Shown here piece after piece: positions 1 through 10,290 of a stretch of DNA of 23,165 nt (positions within the stretch are counted from its first letter, which is position 1; every line of letters begins with the position of its first letter). Made by a program: the position numbers and the translations under genes. The stretch lies in contig NW_021836122.1 in the NCBI RefSeq assembly GCF_006345805.1, positions 1 through 23,165 of the forward strand, given 5' to 3'. This stretch comes from Octopus sinensis (Eukaryota). The notes below the pieces were generated by a model. It was not told where the DNA came from. It saw only the letters and a program-made list of their open reading frames with translations, and did not search any database.

Positions 1-131
1 TGCTGGTGTTTTTACGTCCCCGAACTTAGCGGTTCGGTGGAAGAGCCCGATAGAATAAGCACCTGGATTTACAAAGCAATAAGTCAGGCATGACCACAAA
101 CCAAATACGAAACAGATAAAAGAATAAAAGG
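1..131 (+). mobile_element. 3' part of tRNA-derived SINE (same family as 10599-11005), internally deleted
   Basis: tgctggtgtttttacgtccccgaacttagcggttcgg...gatagaataag...tacaaag matches the 3' half of the copies at 10830-11005 and 16810-16984; it ends in an aaagaataaaag-type tail. Confidence 0.85.
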
Positions 132-162
132 TATATATATCTATATCTATACTAATATATAA

Positions 163-195
<33 letters not shown>

Positions 196-280
196 ATATA
201 TGAAATATGAATTAGAGATTAAAACCACTATTATGCAATCAAACAGTGATAGACATAAACCAATACATAATATATATATT
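196..280 (+). repeat. Dispersed repeat with an inverted partner at ~2845-2925
   Basis: atatgaattagagattaaaaccactattatgcaatcaaac matches the reverse complement of gtttgagttgcataatagtggttttatctctaattcatat (2881-2920) with few differences. Confidence 0.8.
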
Positions 281-307
281 TATATAATAATATAATATAT
301 ATATATA

Positions 308-352
308 TACTTGATACTTTGATACTTTGATAGGTTTCGGCCATTATTGGCC
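308..352 (-). other. CR1 3' terminus: GGCC-AATAAT-GGCC stem-loop followed by a (TATCAAAG)n tail
   Basis: Plus strand reads acttgatactttgatactttgata (308-332) and ggcc-attatt-ggcc (339-352). CR1/L2 LINEs are known to end in a stem-loop plus short tandem repeats. Confidence 0.7.
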
Positions 353-559
353 CAGGCCATGTCTAACTTAATAGCACCACCTGGTGAAGTCTTTCAAGTC
401 AGAATTTGGGCACTATGTCCACTCAAGTAGAGAGTTATTGTTTACAGAGACATATCCTGGTGTTAAGGGGTTTATCCGGGATTTCTTGAAGGAATCTGTC
501 CAAAGACTTCTTGAACCCTAATAGGGTCAGTTTCTGTTTTATGTGTTTTGGTGTAATGT

Positions 560-2263
560 TAAAGAGAGCGGGGCCAATTGAGGTGAAATAATTGTGCCGG
601 ATTGTTGTTATGAGATGAGAGTGCGATTTTTGTTTTGGGCGGATGGCACGGGGCCCAAGCCTTGGATGTACCTTAAAGTGATGCCAACATCATTTGGGCA
701 ATGCTGATGGAATATTTTCCACATCATGCCGATGATGTAGCGCTCACGACGACGTTGGAGAGAATAGAGTTTTAGCTTTTCTAGTCGACCCCAATAGTCG
801 AGGCCTGTATGCCATCTATCTTTTTTGTGATTGCCCTTTGAGGTGCTTCAACTTTTATGATACCTTGTATTGTGTGGGGAGACCACAGTGGACAACAGTA
901 TTCAAGGTGAGGTCGGGCAAAAGTGGAGAAGAGAAGGATAATGGTGTGGATATCTCTCGACTGGAAAGTCTGAGAATCCAGGAATACATTCCTGCGGGCC
1001 ATGTCAACTTTGGTGTTTATATGAGTAGCCCAGCTTATGTTGTTGTCCACAATTACTCCCAGTCTCTGATGTTGTTGGACGCCGCGAGAGTTTCACTGAA
1101 GGAAGGGAGTATGGGAGTTTCAGGGCATCCTCTTTTCCAAAGTGGATTAACTCAAATTTATCCTCGTTCAGCAGCATATTGTTTTTTCCTGCCCATTGGA
1201 TAACAGCCAGTAGATCTGACTGAAGGCATGTCCGGTCACTCGCCTCATTTATGACCTTCTGTAGCTTGGATCATCTGCAAAGATTTTTATTATGTTGCTT
1301 TGCTTGATGATGGTCATTAATGTCATTAATGTAAATGATGAAAAGAAGTGGGCCCAGCACAGTGCCTTGCGGAACGCCACTACTGACTTTGGCTGGCTTG
1401 ATTTTACTCCTTCAACTACAACATGTGAGATCTGTCTGTCAGGGAACACTTGATCCATTTCAGTAACTTTCCAGAGACACCAATGTTGGATAGTTTTTTC
1501 AATAGGATCTTGTGATCGACCCTGTCGAAGGCCTTACTGAATCAAGGTAGATGACATCGGTGTTGGAGCCCTCTCCCAAAGCTCTCAAAATGTCCTCAAA
1601 GTGATGCAGGAGCTGCGTTAGGCAGTCCCTTCCATTACGGAACCCATGTTGGTTGGAGATCACCGTCTGTTGCTTTCCAGAAATGGGGTTATCGAGATCT
1701 CACCACCCTCTCAAATACCTTGATGATATGAGAGGTGAGTGAGATCGGACGGTAGTTCACTGCAAGGGACTTGTTTCCCTTTTTGAAAACTGGGACAACA
1801 GACTGGGACAGAATGTTTTTTGGAATATAGCCAGCATCCAGTGAGTTTCTCCACAGATTAGCAAGGGGAGATGCAAGTTGGTGTCGACACACCTTCAGGA
1901 CACAAGCAGGGAACCTATCGGGGCCTACTGCTGAATTGTGTTTTATTTCGTTCATCGCCGCTAAGACATCAGGGGCACTAAACGTTATGTCCGATATAGT
2001 GTGTTGGGGGTTGACATCACTGATACAGCCCAGATCGGCCATATCAGGATTGCTGAAAACAGAGCAGTATTGTTTCTGCAGTATCTCGGCCATGGATTTG
2101 GCGTTATCTTGGAGAGTGCCATTTCATCAATTAGAGGGCACAACAATGGAGACAGTGACCCTGCGTTTCCTCGCAAATGAAAAGAACACTTTGGGGTTGA
2201 GTTTGATTTTTTCAATGGCCCATTCTCCTCAGCTGATCTTTGGTTATTGATGAGGGTCTTCAT
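560..2263 (-). pseudogene. Frameshifted reverse transcriptase ORF2 remnant of the CR1 element
   Basis: ORF-track pieces 1985-2263, 1689-2093, 1249-1458 and 781-1050 join through frameshifts into one RT plus C-terminal domain; FADD motif near 1270-1282. Confidence 0.9.
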
Positions 2264-2349
2264 TCATTGTTGGAGGTTATATTTTTTGGATTCAAGCAGT
2301 GCGATAGCCGTTCGAATGTGTGTGTTGCTGTTGGCAGTACTTTAGTTAC

Positions 2350-2408
2350 TTTTTTAATCTTTTACTCTTTTTACTTGTTTCAGCCATCCGGCTGAGGCCA
2401 TGCCTGGG
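2350..2408 (-). mobile_element. SINE 3' tail fragment
   Basis: Reverse complement caggcatggcctcagccggatggctgaaacaagtaaaaagagtaaaag resembles the SINE end cagcatggccgcagtcaaatgactgaaacaagtaaaagagt. Confidence 0.7.
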
Positions 2409-2470
2409 TTTGTTTGTTCTTTTTATTTTTCTGATAATGGTTTTTCTGTTTTGGGGGATTCTGCACTTTT

Positions 2471-2523
2471 TGTATATATATATACAATATACCGGCCAAA
2501 GTGCAGAATATATACACTATATA

Positions 2524-2590
<67 letters not shown>

Positions 2591-2747
2591 TTTTTATTTA
2601 TTTATTATATTTTTTTCCAAAAAGATCAAATGAATGACAATATAATGTAATAAGTACTTACATTATATTTATCATTCATTTTTATACATTTTGGGGGAAA
2701 ATATAAATAAATAAATATAAAAATTTATATATAATCTATCTATATAC

Positions 2748-2801
<54 letters not shown>

Positions 2802-2835
2802 CTATAATATATATATATATTATAAATTATATTAA
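2471..2835. repeat. Interrupted (TA)n tracts flanking an imperfect palindrome
   Basis: Long TA runs at 2510-2586 and 2727-2830. Confidence 0.9.
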
Positions 2836-3033
2836 TGATATATATAATTTGTTATTTATGTATGGGTTGTGTCTGTCATTGTTTGAGTTGCATAATAGTG
2901 GTTTTATCTCTAATTCATATTTTATATATTATACTGTGAATTGATTTAATACTAAATGAATTTTTCCCTTTAAGTTTGGAGTTATACTCCCTAAAAATAT
3001 TACTATTATATATAGATAAAACATATATGCATA

Positions 3034-3037
3034 AACA

Positions 3038-3075
<38 letters not shown>

Positions 3076-3391
3076 TACACTCTCTCTCACACTCACACAG
3101 ACACACTCACATACACTCACAATGCACATAAAGGAAACGGTCAGGTGCCAATTGAATAAGAGCGGCGTTGAATTTTCTAAATCACTGAACAGAGGCCCAA
3201 CTGTTAATGCAAGGAAGATCAATACGTACATACATGCATATATACATACAAACACATACATGCATGTATGCATACATACATACATACATATATGCGCGTG
3301 TGTTTATAGCTGAAGAATGGCTACTACTACTACTACTACTACTACTCCTGCTACAATGACCACTACTACTACTACTACTACTACAACAACG

Positions 3392-3473
<82 letters not shown>

Positions 3474-3475
3474 GT
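3034..3475. repeat. Microsatellites: (CA)n 3034-3120, (TACA)n ~3225-3292, (CTA)n ~3320-3475
   Basis: Visible directly in the sequence. Confidence 0.95.
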
Positions 3476-3819
3476 TACAATGATTACTCCCCTTCGCAAA
3501 TATGATCGCAGCTTTACGCCCTCCCTCTACAACAGTCGCTATTTCTATGTATTGTTATTGATATTAACCGCTATATTAACTACAGTGGCACTGTGGTGGC
3601 CATCCCTCACTACCATCACGGCCGTTCTCATTCGCCCTCAAAACCATCTGCACCATCCCATTAAACAGTCCATCGATCTCCTCTCTCCGCTTCCCACCTC
3701 CACCACTAACACCACCAACAGCATTTCCGGAATCTCCCACCCCCAGAATCTCTCCACCAATCCCTTCCTACACAGGTGAAAATCCATATCGTCTTTCACA
3801 CAATTTACGCCGGCAATCA

Positions 3820-4137
3820 CGACGACGACGACGATCACCACCACCACCACCACCACCACCGCCGCCGCCGCCACCACCACCACCACCACCACCACCACCA
3901 CCGCCACCCGACCACCACCACCACCACCACCGCACCGCCGCCACCACCACCACCACCACCACCACCACCACCACCCCGACCAACACCACCACCACCACCA
4001 CCACCACCACCGCCACCACCACCACCACCACCACCACCAACCACCACCCACCACCACCACCACCACCCACCGCCGCCCACCACCACCACCACCACCGCAC
4101 CACCACCACCACCACCATCACCATCACCGCCGCCGCC
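3820..4137. repeat. (CCA)n/(CCG)n trinucleotide tract
   Basis: ~320 bp of interrupted CCA repeats; it produces the poly-Pro/His/Thr/Gly/Trp/Val ORFs. Confidence 0.95.
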
Positions 4138-4699
4138 ATGCATACCTCACTCATTGCATCAGTTACTACTCTTTACTTTAATTACATCAATAAAACAGTC
4201 AGCAGTTAAGTCACGTGGTCAGTTCTTTTTTAAAGCCAACAACAACGTGAAACGCCATTTTGATTTATGTTTATTTTTATTTGTTTTGAAATTTTCACTC
4301 GCAAATGTCTTTTGTTACGATTTGCTTGTGTGGAAGAGTAATAAAAGTCAAATTTGGAAGAGTTGGAACGAAATTACAGAAAGCATTTATGAATTTATGA
4401 AGCATGGATGAAGTCTTGTTTATTTCCGTGTTTCGTTTCACGGTCTTGTGTCATAAAAAAACAGGAAAATCTAAAACGCTTTTGGAAGCATATCGCCATT
4501 TTAAAACAAAAAACAAAAAAAAATTATAAGTTCCCACTTCTAGCTCCTCGCACAACCTTTCCGCATCTATGGAAAAAGTGACGCTTTCGGTGGTCAAGCA
4601 CGACCTCTCTCACAATGTGGTGTGGCCGATTCCCTGTGTGTATCTATGTGTGTGTGTATGTGTGTGTGAGGGAGAGAAGGAGGGATCTCAGAATTGGAT

Positions 4700-4790
4700 T
4701 GATACTATATTTATCTCAGAAGTATGAAAGGCAAAGTTGTCCCTGACAGGATTTGAACTCGGAGCATAGAGAGTTGGAATAATCACAACA
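4700..4790 (-). mobile_element. Degenerate tRNA-derived SINE fragment
   Basis: gatactatatttatc...atgaaaggcaaagttgtccctgacaggatttgaactc; the reverse complement contains the B-box-like gagttcaaatcc. Family recognised from memory of octopus SINEs. Confidence 0.55.
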
Positions 4791-5242
4791 GGCAGAGTGA
4801 AATGAGTTTGATAAATACTTGATCATGATTGGTTGTTTACTGTATGACACGTTGTAATGTTGTTGTTTGGTCTTAAGTCAGCCCTGAATGAGCATAAATG
4901 TGGTAAGACGTGTAAAAACCGTGTCAATGGTGACCACCACGCATGTATACCAAGAACGGCACCATCCAATGTGTCATTTCCTTGTTTTGAAAGACAGTAG
5001 TGGTTTGACAGCTATTACTAGCGTGTCGGGCGTCCGTGTAGAATCTATGTTACTTCCTTGATAAAAGGTCAATCATGGAGTTGCCAGGCGAACAACTTAA
5101 ACAACCGTTCTCTGCATTAATGTACATAGGTGACTGGATATTGGATGTTGTGACGTGAATGCCATTCCCAAGCGTATTAACAAGATAGCATCGGTTCTTT
5201 TAATAAATATTTCTTTGTCAGCAATGTTCTGAAGGGAGGGCG

Positions 5243-5312
5243 TTAGTCGACCCCAGTACTTCATTAGTACTTTATTTTTCGACTCTAGAGGGATGAAAGT
5301 CCAACTTGGCCC
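5243..5312 (-). mobile_element. Degenerate SINE fragment related to 4700-4790
   Basis: gtcgaccccagtacttcattagtactttatttttcgactctagagggatgaaagt shares the tactttatt...gatgaaag block. Confidence 0.5.
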
Positions 5313-5519
5313 TTATGCACGCGCGCACAAGTCTATGTATGTCAGTATACGCGTGTTTGTGTGAATATGTGTGGTTGCGCGTGCGGTTGTGTGTGTTTGT
5401 ATGTACGCAAGAGTGAGACAGTGAACAGATGTATATACACCAGTTTGAGTCAAAAGCTTTCCTGGATGTTCACCGGGGATTTTTGGTGACTTGTACCTTG
5501 ATACAAACTTGTCCAATCG

Positions 5520-6446
5520 TTGCCGAATTGTTCATTATTTATTTTCATCCATAACATAAACATTAGGTGTTTATTCTTTGTTTTACAATTAGGGGCGATT
5601 AGTGGTGAAAAAATTGCCACCTTACGCTACATTAAAAAAAAAATAGGACTTAGGGCAACTGTTAAAGAAATTAATGATGTAGAAATCTCAGGAGCAGTCA
5701 ACGAAAGAGTGGCAGAGAATTGGTTCAGACATTTTAAGGAAGTTGATGCTCGACTCGAAGACAAACCGAGGACAAGGAGACGTGTTGCAGAGGATGAGGC
5801 CTAGTTTGAAATGGTTGAACAACACAGCCAAGCACGAATTGTGACTAGCAATGAAAAACAGACCTATTTTCGTAACCTTAAAGAGAGAAACCAGCGGCTT
5901 CATTCCGGGCGGTTTCGGAACCGCTTGTCAAACAAGGGCAGTTAGAGCAGAAGGGGATGTTGTGTGATTTGTGGAAAATCGAGGGATTGGGCACTTTGAA
6001 CTTGTCCCAGATGATCATGCTTTGAAAGTTAACCTTTATTCTTAACAACTGCAGCAAGTTTATGATATTTTGAAAGCCCGCTACCCGGCATTGGCCAGTC
6101 GAAGACGCGCACTCTTACAGCATGACAATATCCCTGCACATACTGCCAATATTACCAGGGAATGTGCAGCCTCACCTCGTCTACAGTCCAGAAGTTTCTT
6201 CGTCAGGTTACCCTCTTTTCTAAGCCATGACTCATTTCCTGCACGGACTAAAGTATAATAATAGATAAGGATGAAAACGGGTACAAGGAATTTTATCCCT
6301 CTAAACCAGCCAAATACAATAAGCGTGGAATTGTCTGGTAGAATGCTGGCAATAGACAGAAGATGAATGAACTCTCTTCGTATGCAATTTGTTTGACCTC
6401 TTAATTAAAGTCTGAAATAGGCATAAACCTTTTACTCATCCTTGTA
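5520..6446 (+). mobile_element. Decayed, internally deleted mariner (Tc1/mariner) transposon
   Basis: Peptides: KEINDVEISGAVNERVAENWFRHFKEVDARLEDKPR (HTH), RIVTSNEK (for RIVTGDEKW, 5835-5858), HFELVP...LYS*QLQQVYDILKARYPALASRRRALLQHDNIPAHTA, HLVYSPEVSSSGYPLF (for HPPYSPDLAPSDYHLF). The first and third catalytic Asp are lost. A TIR-like end finishes on TA at 6445-6446. Confidence 0.9.
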
Positions 6447-6459
6447 TGTATATATATAT

Positions 6460-6625
6460 GTTTCTCTCCGTGTTTCTTTTCTGTGTATCTTTCTGTTGAA
6501 GAGCGTAGGCTCGAAACGTAAAAGACTTGTTTTATTTATATTCCTGTGCGCCATACTAATACAATTGTTTGTTTGTACTCCACCTGCCTTCGTCTTTTGT
6601 TTATTTTCATAAAGCTTCCCGTTAT
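6460..6625 (+). mobile_element. Solo PLE terminal repeat (pseudo-LTR, pLTR), homologous to 17443-17620 and 17047-17220
   Basis: Near-identical to the reverse complement of 17443-17600 (ctgttgaagagcgtaggctcgaaacg, ccatactaatacaattg, cacctgccttcgtcttttgtttattttcataaagc, ttcccgtta); abuts (TA)n. Confidence 0.88.
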
Positions 6626-6629
6626 ATAT

Positions 6630-6700
<71 letters not shown>
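6624..6700. repeat. (TA)n microsatellite
   Basis: Visible directly in the sequence. Confidence 0.95.
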
Positions 6701-6703
<3 letters not shown>

Positions 6704-7224
6704 GTGATAACGTGAAGTTTATACCATTTGTCCCCTAAGCACGTTTCGCCATTGTGGCCGTTTGCATCTTCTGCAACGGATGTTAGTCGTGCATTTAAAT
6801 GAAGATCCATAGCGGTTCGTTGTGGAGGTGCTTTATTAAATTGTGCTCACTCAGAACGAATGCTTAACATAATGTAATAAACCATTGTGGATCTGGTCCA
6901 AACACAATATGAATACCCGATGCAGAAGATGCAAATAATGTTGGGAATAACTCGTATAAGCTACATGCTGTATTTATCCTATTTTCTCCTATATTTGTCC
7001 TGTATATCATAACCAGTAAGAGTTATGCTAACGAGTATTATTTGGTAGAGCAGCAACCACAGAATTTTATGAGAAGTAGACAGGATAATGATATTCCACG
7101 TATAGCTTTAAATTCACAAGTAGCTGTCGTAGATTTAAGCATACCCACAACAAATAACATATACATACACACACAAAACCTCGCACACATACACATGTAC
7201 GTATGTGTATGTATATATGTATAT

Positions 7225-7520
7225 TTATAAAAGACGGAAGGAGAACGTAACGGACGACAGCAAAAATCATACCGACAGATAGACGATACAAAGACGGACA
7301 GGAAAAACTAGGACGGAACATTCGTGGCTTTCTTCCGTCAGTCAAGCTTCCAGTCATCATTACAGTCTCGGCCTGTTACACTTGAGACTATTCAAAATTG
7401 GTAGGCTCCAAGAATCTAAGCTAAGGGCATTAAATTTTTGGAAGAAAGCAAGCGAATATGTGCGGCAAAACTGACAAAGAAAAGATAAAATGGAGAAAAT
7501 GTTATACGATTACAAATACA
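7225..7520 (-). repeat. Dispersed repeat homologous to 22030-22320 (possibly the terminus of another retroelement family)
   Basis: Reverse complement ctttcttccaaaaatttaatgcccttagcttag...tctcaag...gccgagactg...cttgactgacgg...cgaatgttccgtcc aligns with ctttcttccaaggaatctaacgcgcttaacttag...tctcaag...gccgaaattg...cttgactgaaga...cgaatgtcccatcc. Confidence 0.75.
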
Positions 7521-7523
7521 AAC

Positions 7524-7554
<31 letters not shown>

Positions 7555-7841
7555 TGTATGTATGTATGTATGTATGTATGTATGTATGTATGGTTGTATG
7601 TATGTATGTATGTATGTATGGTTGTATGTATGTATGTATGTATGTATGTATGTGTGTGTGTATGTATGTATGTATGTATGTATGTATGTATGTATGTATG
7701 TATGTATGTATGTATATAAAATAATGAAGGTGACTATACACAATATAAAACCAGAATGAAAAGATTAAATTGTCACCAGTTGTGACTGAGGGTGCAAGAT
7801 AGCACCTATATTGCTAGAAATAGAGCTACAATGCCCTTTAA

Positions 7842-7889
<48 letters not shown>

Positions 7890-7914
7890 ATCTATCTATC
7901 TATCTATCTATCTA

Positions 7915-7970
<56 letters not shown>
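7524..7970. repeat. (TATG)n 7524-7715 and compound (ATCT)n(CT)n(AT)n 7843-7970
   Basis: Visible directly in the sequence. Confidence 0.95.
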
Positions 7971-10075
7971 GTTAGATAAGGCCGGTTTATGGGATTACCT
8001 TAGCTTTACCGTCCACAAAGGGCTTAGCTTTATGGTGTCTCATTAGATCCCCAAACCTGTTGGCTAAAGGCTACTCTCACGAGTGGATTCTCTAGAGTAT
8101 GGAGGAGGAAAAGACCCCGTTACTCAATGTCAACAAAGGGAATTGTCTCCCTTTTGCTGTCGATCACCGATGACCCTGTTATCTCCGTGGGCTCCAATAG
8201 GCTAGCAGGTATTTCCTGAAATGTAAGCACGGTCCAAAGACCTCCGTTCTGGTGTTCAGAATGTTCCCTGAGTCGAGGGAGTCCTTTATTAACGATTGAT
8301 CTAGTTAATATAGGGGCCTGGATTTTCTCGAATTCTCCATCATATCTATTGTGTATGGGATCCCGTCGTCTATCAGCTGCCATACATGACTGGATAATGA
8401 CGTGACGAATCTCCTTTCCGGTTTCCTGAAGCTGGAGAAGCGTTGTCTGAAAGAGTTTCCGGAACAGCCGATGTATCTCCGTCGGCGGGTGTTAGCGGTG
8501 ATGTGTCTGTTCGTGTTGCTGGAACTGGCGCTGCTGGTGTTTGGTAAAGGCACCGTTGTTGTGATTACGGCCATCGCCATTTATGGAGGTGCGATCATTG
8601 TTGTTGCTGATGCCATTGGCGATATCTCTGCTGTTGTCGCTGTTATCGTTGTCACCGCTGGCGATGGTGCTGCCGCCGTTGCAATTGGAAATCTCGAGCC
8701 TGCTGCTGAAGCCGTAGCCGACAGGGGGAGCTGTTGCTGCTGTTATCGTTAGGAATATTGATTTTGCTGTCGTTGATGTTGTTATTGTTGTCGCTGGCGA
8801 TGGTGCTGTTGGTTCGGTTCGCGTTGCTGCTGCTATTGGTACTGGGGTCCCTGCAACTGTGGTCGCCGTTCGGGAAGCTGCTGATGTTGCTGTTGCTGCT
8901 GCTGCTGTTAGGGTCGGCCGCTACCTCGGCTTCATAGACGACTCTCTTGGTTTCGCAGAGGCCCCTTAGCGGGCATCTGTTGCGGCCCTGCTTGAACGTC
9001 CTTCCCCCGCTCGTGGTCTAGAATTCTCTTAATATTGGGGGCACAGCTAAAAGCGATCCTAAGGTTGTGCCTGTTGAAAATGCGTTCTTATGTGAACGTG
9101 TGAAATATTCACCTATTAACTTAAGGAACATCCTACCTGCAGACGCTTTTACGTTAAGAGAGAAAGGTGTGTAGAGAAACCAAATGATATTTCTGTGATG
9201 CTTCCTTCTACGGATGTTGGGGCCAGGCATTTAGGAGATGCGGTCCCTAAATCCTCTAGCAGCTAGGGCCTCGTTATAGTCGGGGGCTGCTGCATCAAAA
9301 ATCTCTGGGCTGGAGAAAAGCTCGTGATCCTCTCACTAGCATCCTTTATCAGATTTTTGAACGCGATGGGTGGGTGACAGGGGCTGTTTTGATGTACGTT
9401 GGCTTCTCAGTTGGCTTGCGGTAGGGCCTGTATGTATCGGAGCCCAAGTCGAGCGTGACGTTTAAGAAGTCTGCCGTGGTGAGATTTGTCTCGATGGTGA
9501 TTTTGAGTCTCATGGATGCAAGTGCGCTAATTAGATTTTTCCTAAGCCTGTCTAGTGTGTGGCCGTTTGCTCCTCTAGAGATGGCCAGGGCGTCATCTCT
9601 GTAGGAGCCCAAAGAGGACAGAGGGGTACTTTTTCTTAAGGTATCAAGGATATACAACCCGATGAGGTCGAATACTTCAGCGCTGTCGTAGCCCCCATTG
9701 CTACGTCACAGGAGCCCGCGGAGTCGGGGTGCTTGACCCAGATCGAACCTTTATTGAACAGCACTGTTCTCCTGGCGTGCATAATGACGTCTATGTTCCT
9801 GTCGCTAACGCCAGTGAAGCCCCCTAGCGAAGGAAAGACGGGTAAAAATCGACTATGTCAAACTGGGTGAACCTTTCTCTGCCTCTCCCCTTGTTGGTGT
9901 TAAATCATGCACCCACCACGTTGGTGCTACGCCATAGAGAAAGGTTGGTGGCTCTCCTGATGTCATTATTGATTTTTCTCAATATATGCTTGCTCGCCAG
10001 TTCGATCTCGGACTTGGCCGAAGTAATCTGGCAGCATTTAGGGTTTGCGACGAAGTTCGGTTTATGATCTTTGAT

Positions 10076-10078
<3 letters not shown>
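7971..10078 (-). mobile_element. Penelope-like element (RT plus C-terminal GIY-YIG), Naiad-like, 5'-truncated and frameshifted
   Basis: TIKDHKPNFVANPKC...AKSEIELASKHILRKIN, RFTQFDIVDFYPS, DVAMG/YDSAEVFDLIGLYIL, YRDDAL (9592-9603), DFLNVTLDL, RNIIWF..PFSLNVK..GRMFLKLI, CPLRGLC...VVY (8934-8942), YIG (8467-8475), LSSHVWQL, LNTRTE...CLH. The clade is inferred from the YRDD/GSYDxAE-type motifs. Confidence 0.88.
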
Positions 10079-10133
<55 letters not shown>

Positions 10134-10290
10134 TGTATGTATGTATATACACTACCACAAAGACACACACGCACACAGATCCTATCGCACACACGCATAC
10201 ATTACCACACAGACACACATGTACACTACTACACACACACACACACACAACACACACACACATACATACATACACACACACACACACAAT
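10078..10290. repeat. Compound (TA)n(TATG)n(CA)n microsatellite
   Basis: Visible directly in the sequence. Confidence 0.95.

Larger units (their letters stand above)
308..2345 (-). mobile_element. CR1-clade non-LTR retrotransposon (LINE), 5'-truncated, with its 3' tail intact
   Basis: Minus-strand peptides across frameshifts: MAEILQKQYCSVFS...SAVGPDRFP...VVPVFKKGNKSLAVNYRPISLTSHIIKVFERVV, NQHGFRNGRDCLTQLL...DVIYLD(F)SKAFDR, KIFADD, RPHLEYCCPLWSPH, KLYSLQRRRERY. The 3' end has a short tandem-repeat tail, as is typical of CR1. Confidence 0.93.

Noticed and set aside
333-356. GGCC-AATAAT-GGCC-GAAAC on the minus strand resembles hammerhead helix II plus GAAA
   Set aside because: The CUGANGA strand is absent (CCUG runs directly into GGCC). 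It is better explained as the CR1 3' stem-loop.
2320-4411. Many 60-210 aa ORFs, including the 211-aa poly-His/Pro ORF 3776-4411
   Set aside because: They are translations of (TA)n, (CA)n, (CTA)n and (CCA)n repeats, open in several frames and on both strands, with no domain signal.
7524-7715. Regular repeat arrays as possible CRISPR arrays
   Set aside because: They are 2-10-bp simple repeats without unique spacers, in a eukaryotic context.
8402-8937. Hydrophobic, membrane-like ORFs on the plus strand
   Set aside because: They are the antisense reading of the AAC/AGC-rich insertion in the PLE.
7971-9030. Possible selenocysteine codons or SECIS element, reported for some Naiad PLEs
   Set aside because: The visible conserved Cys positions use TGC/TGT. 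The AUGA...AAA in the 3' UTR lacks a SECIS-length helix and a matching GA quartet.
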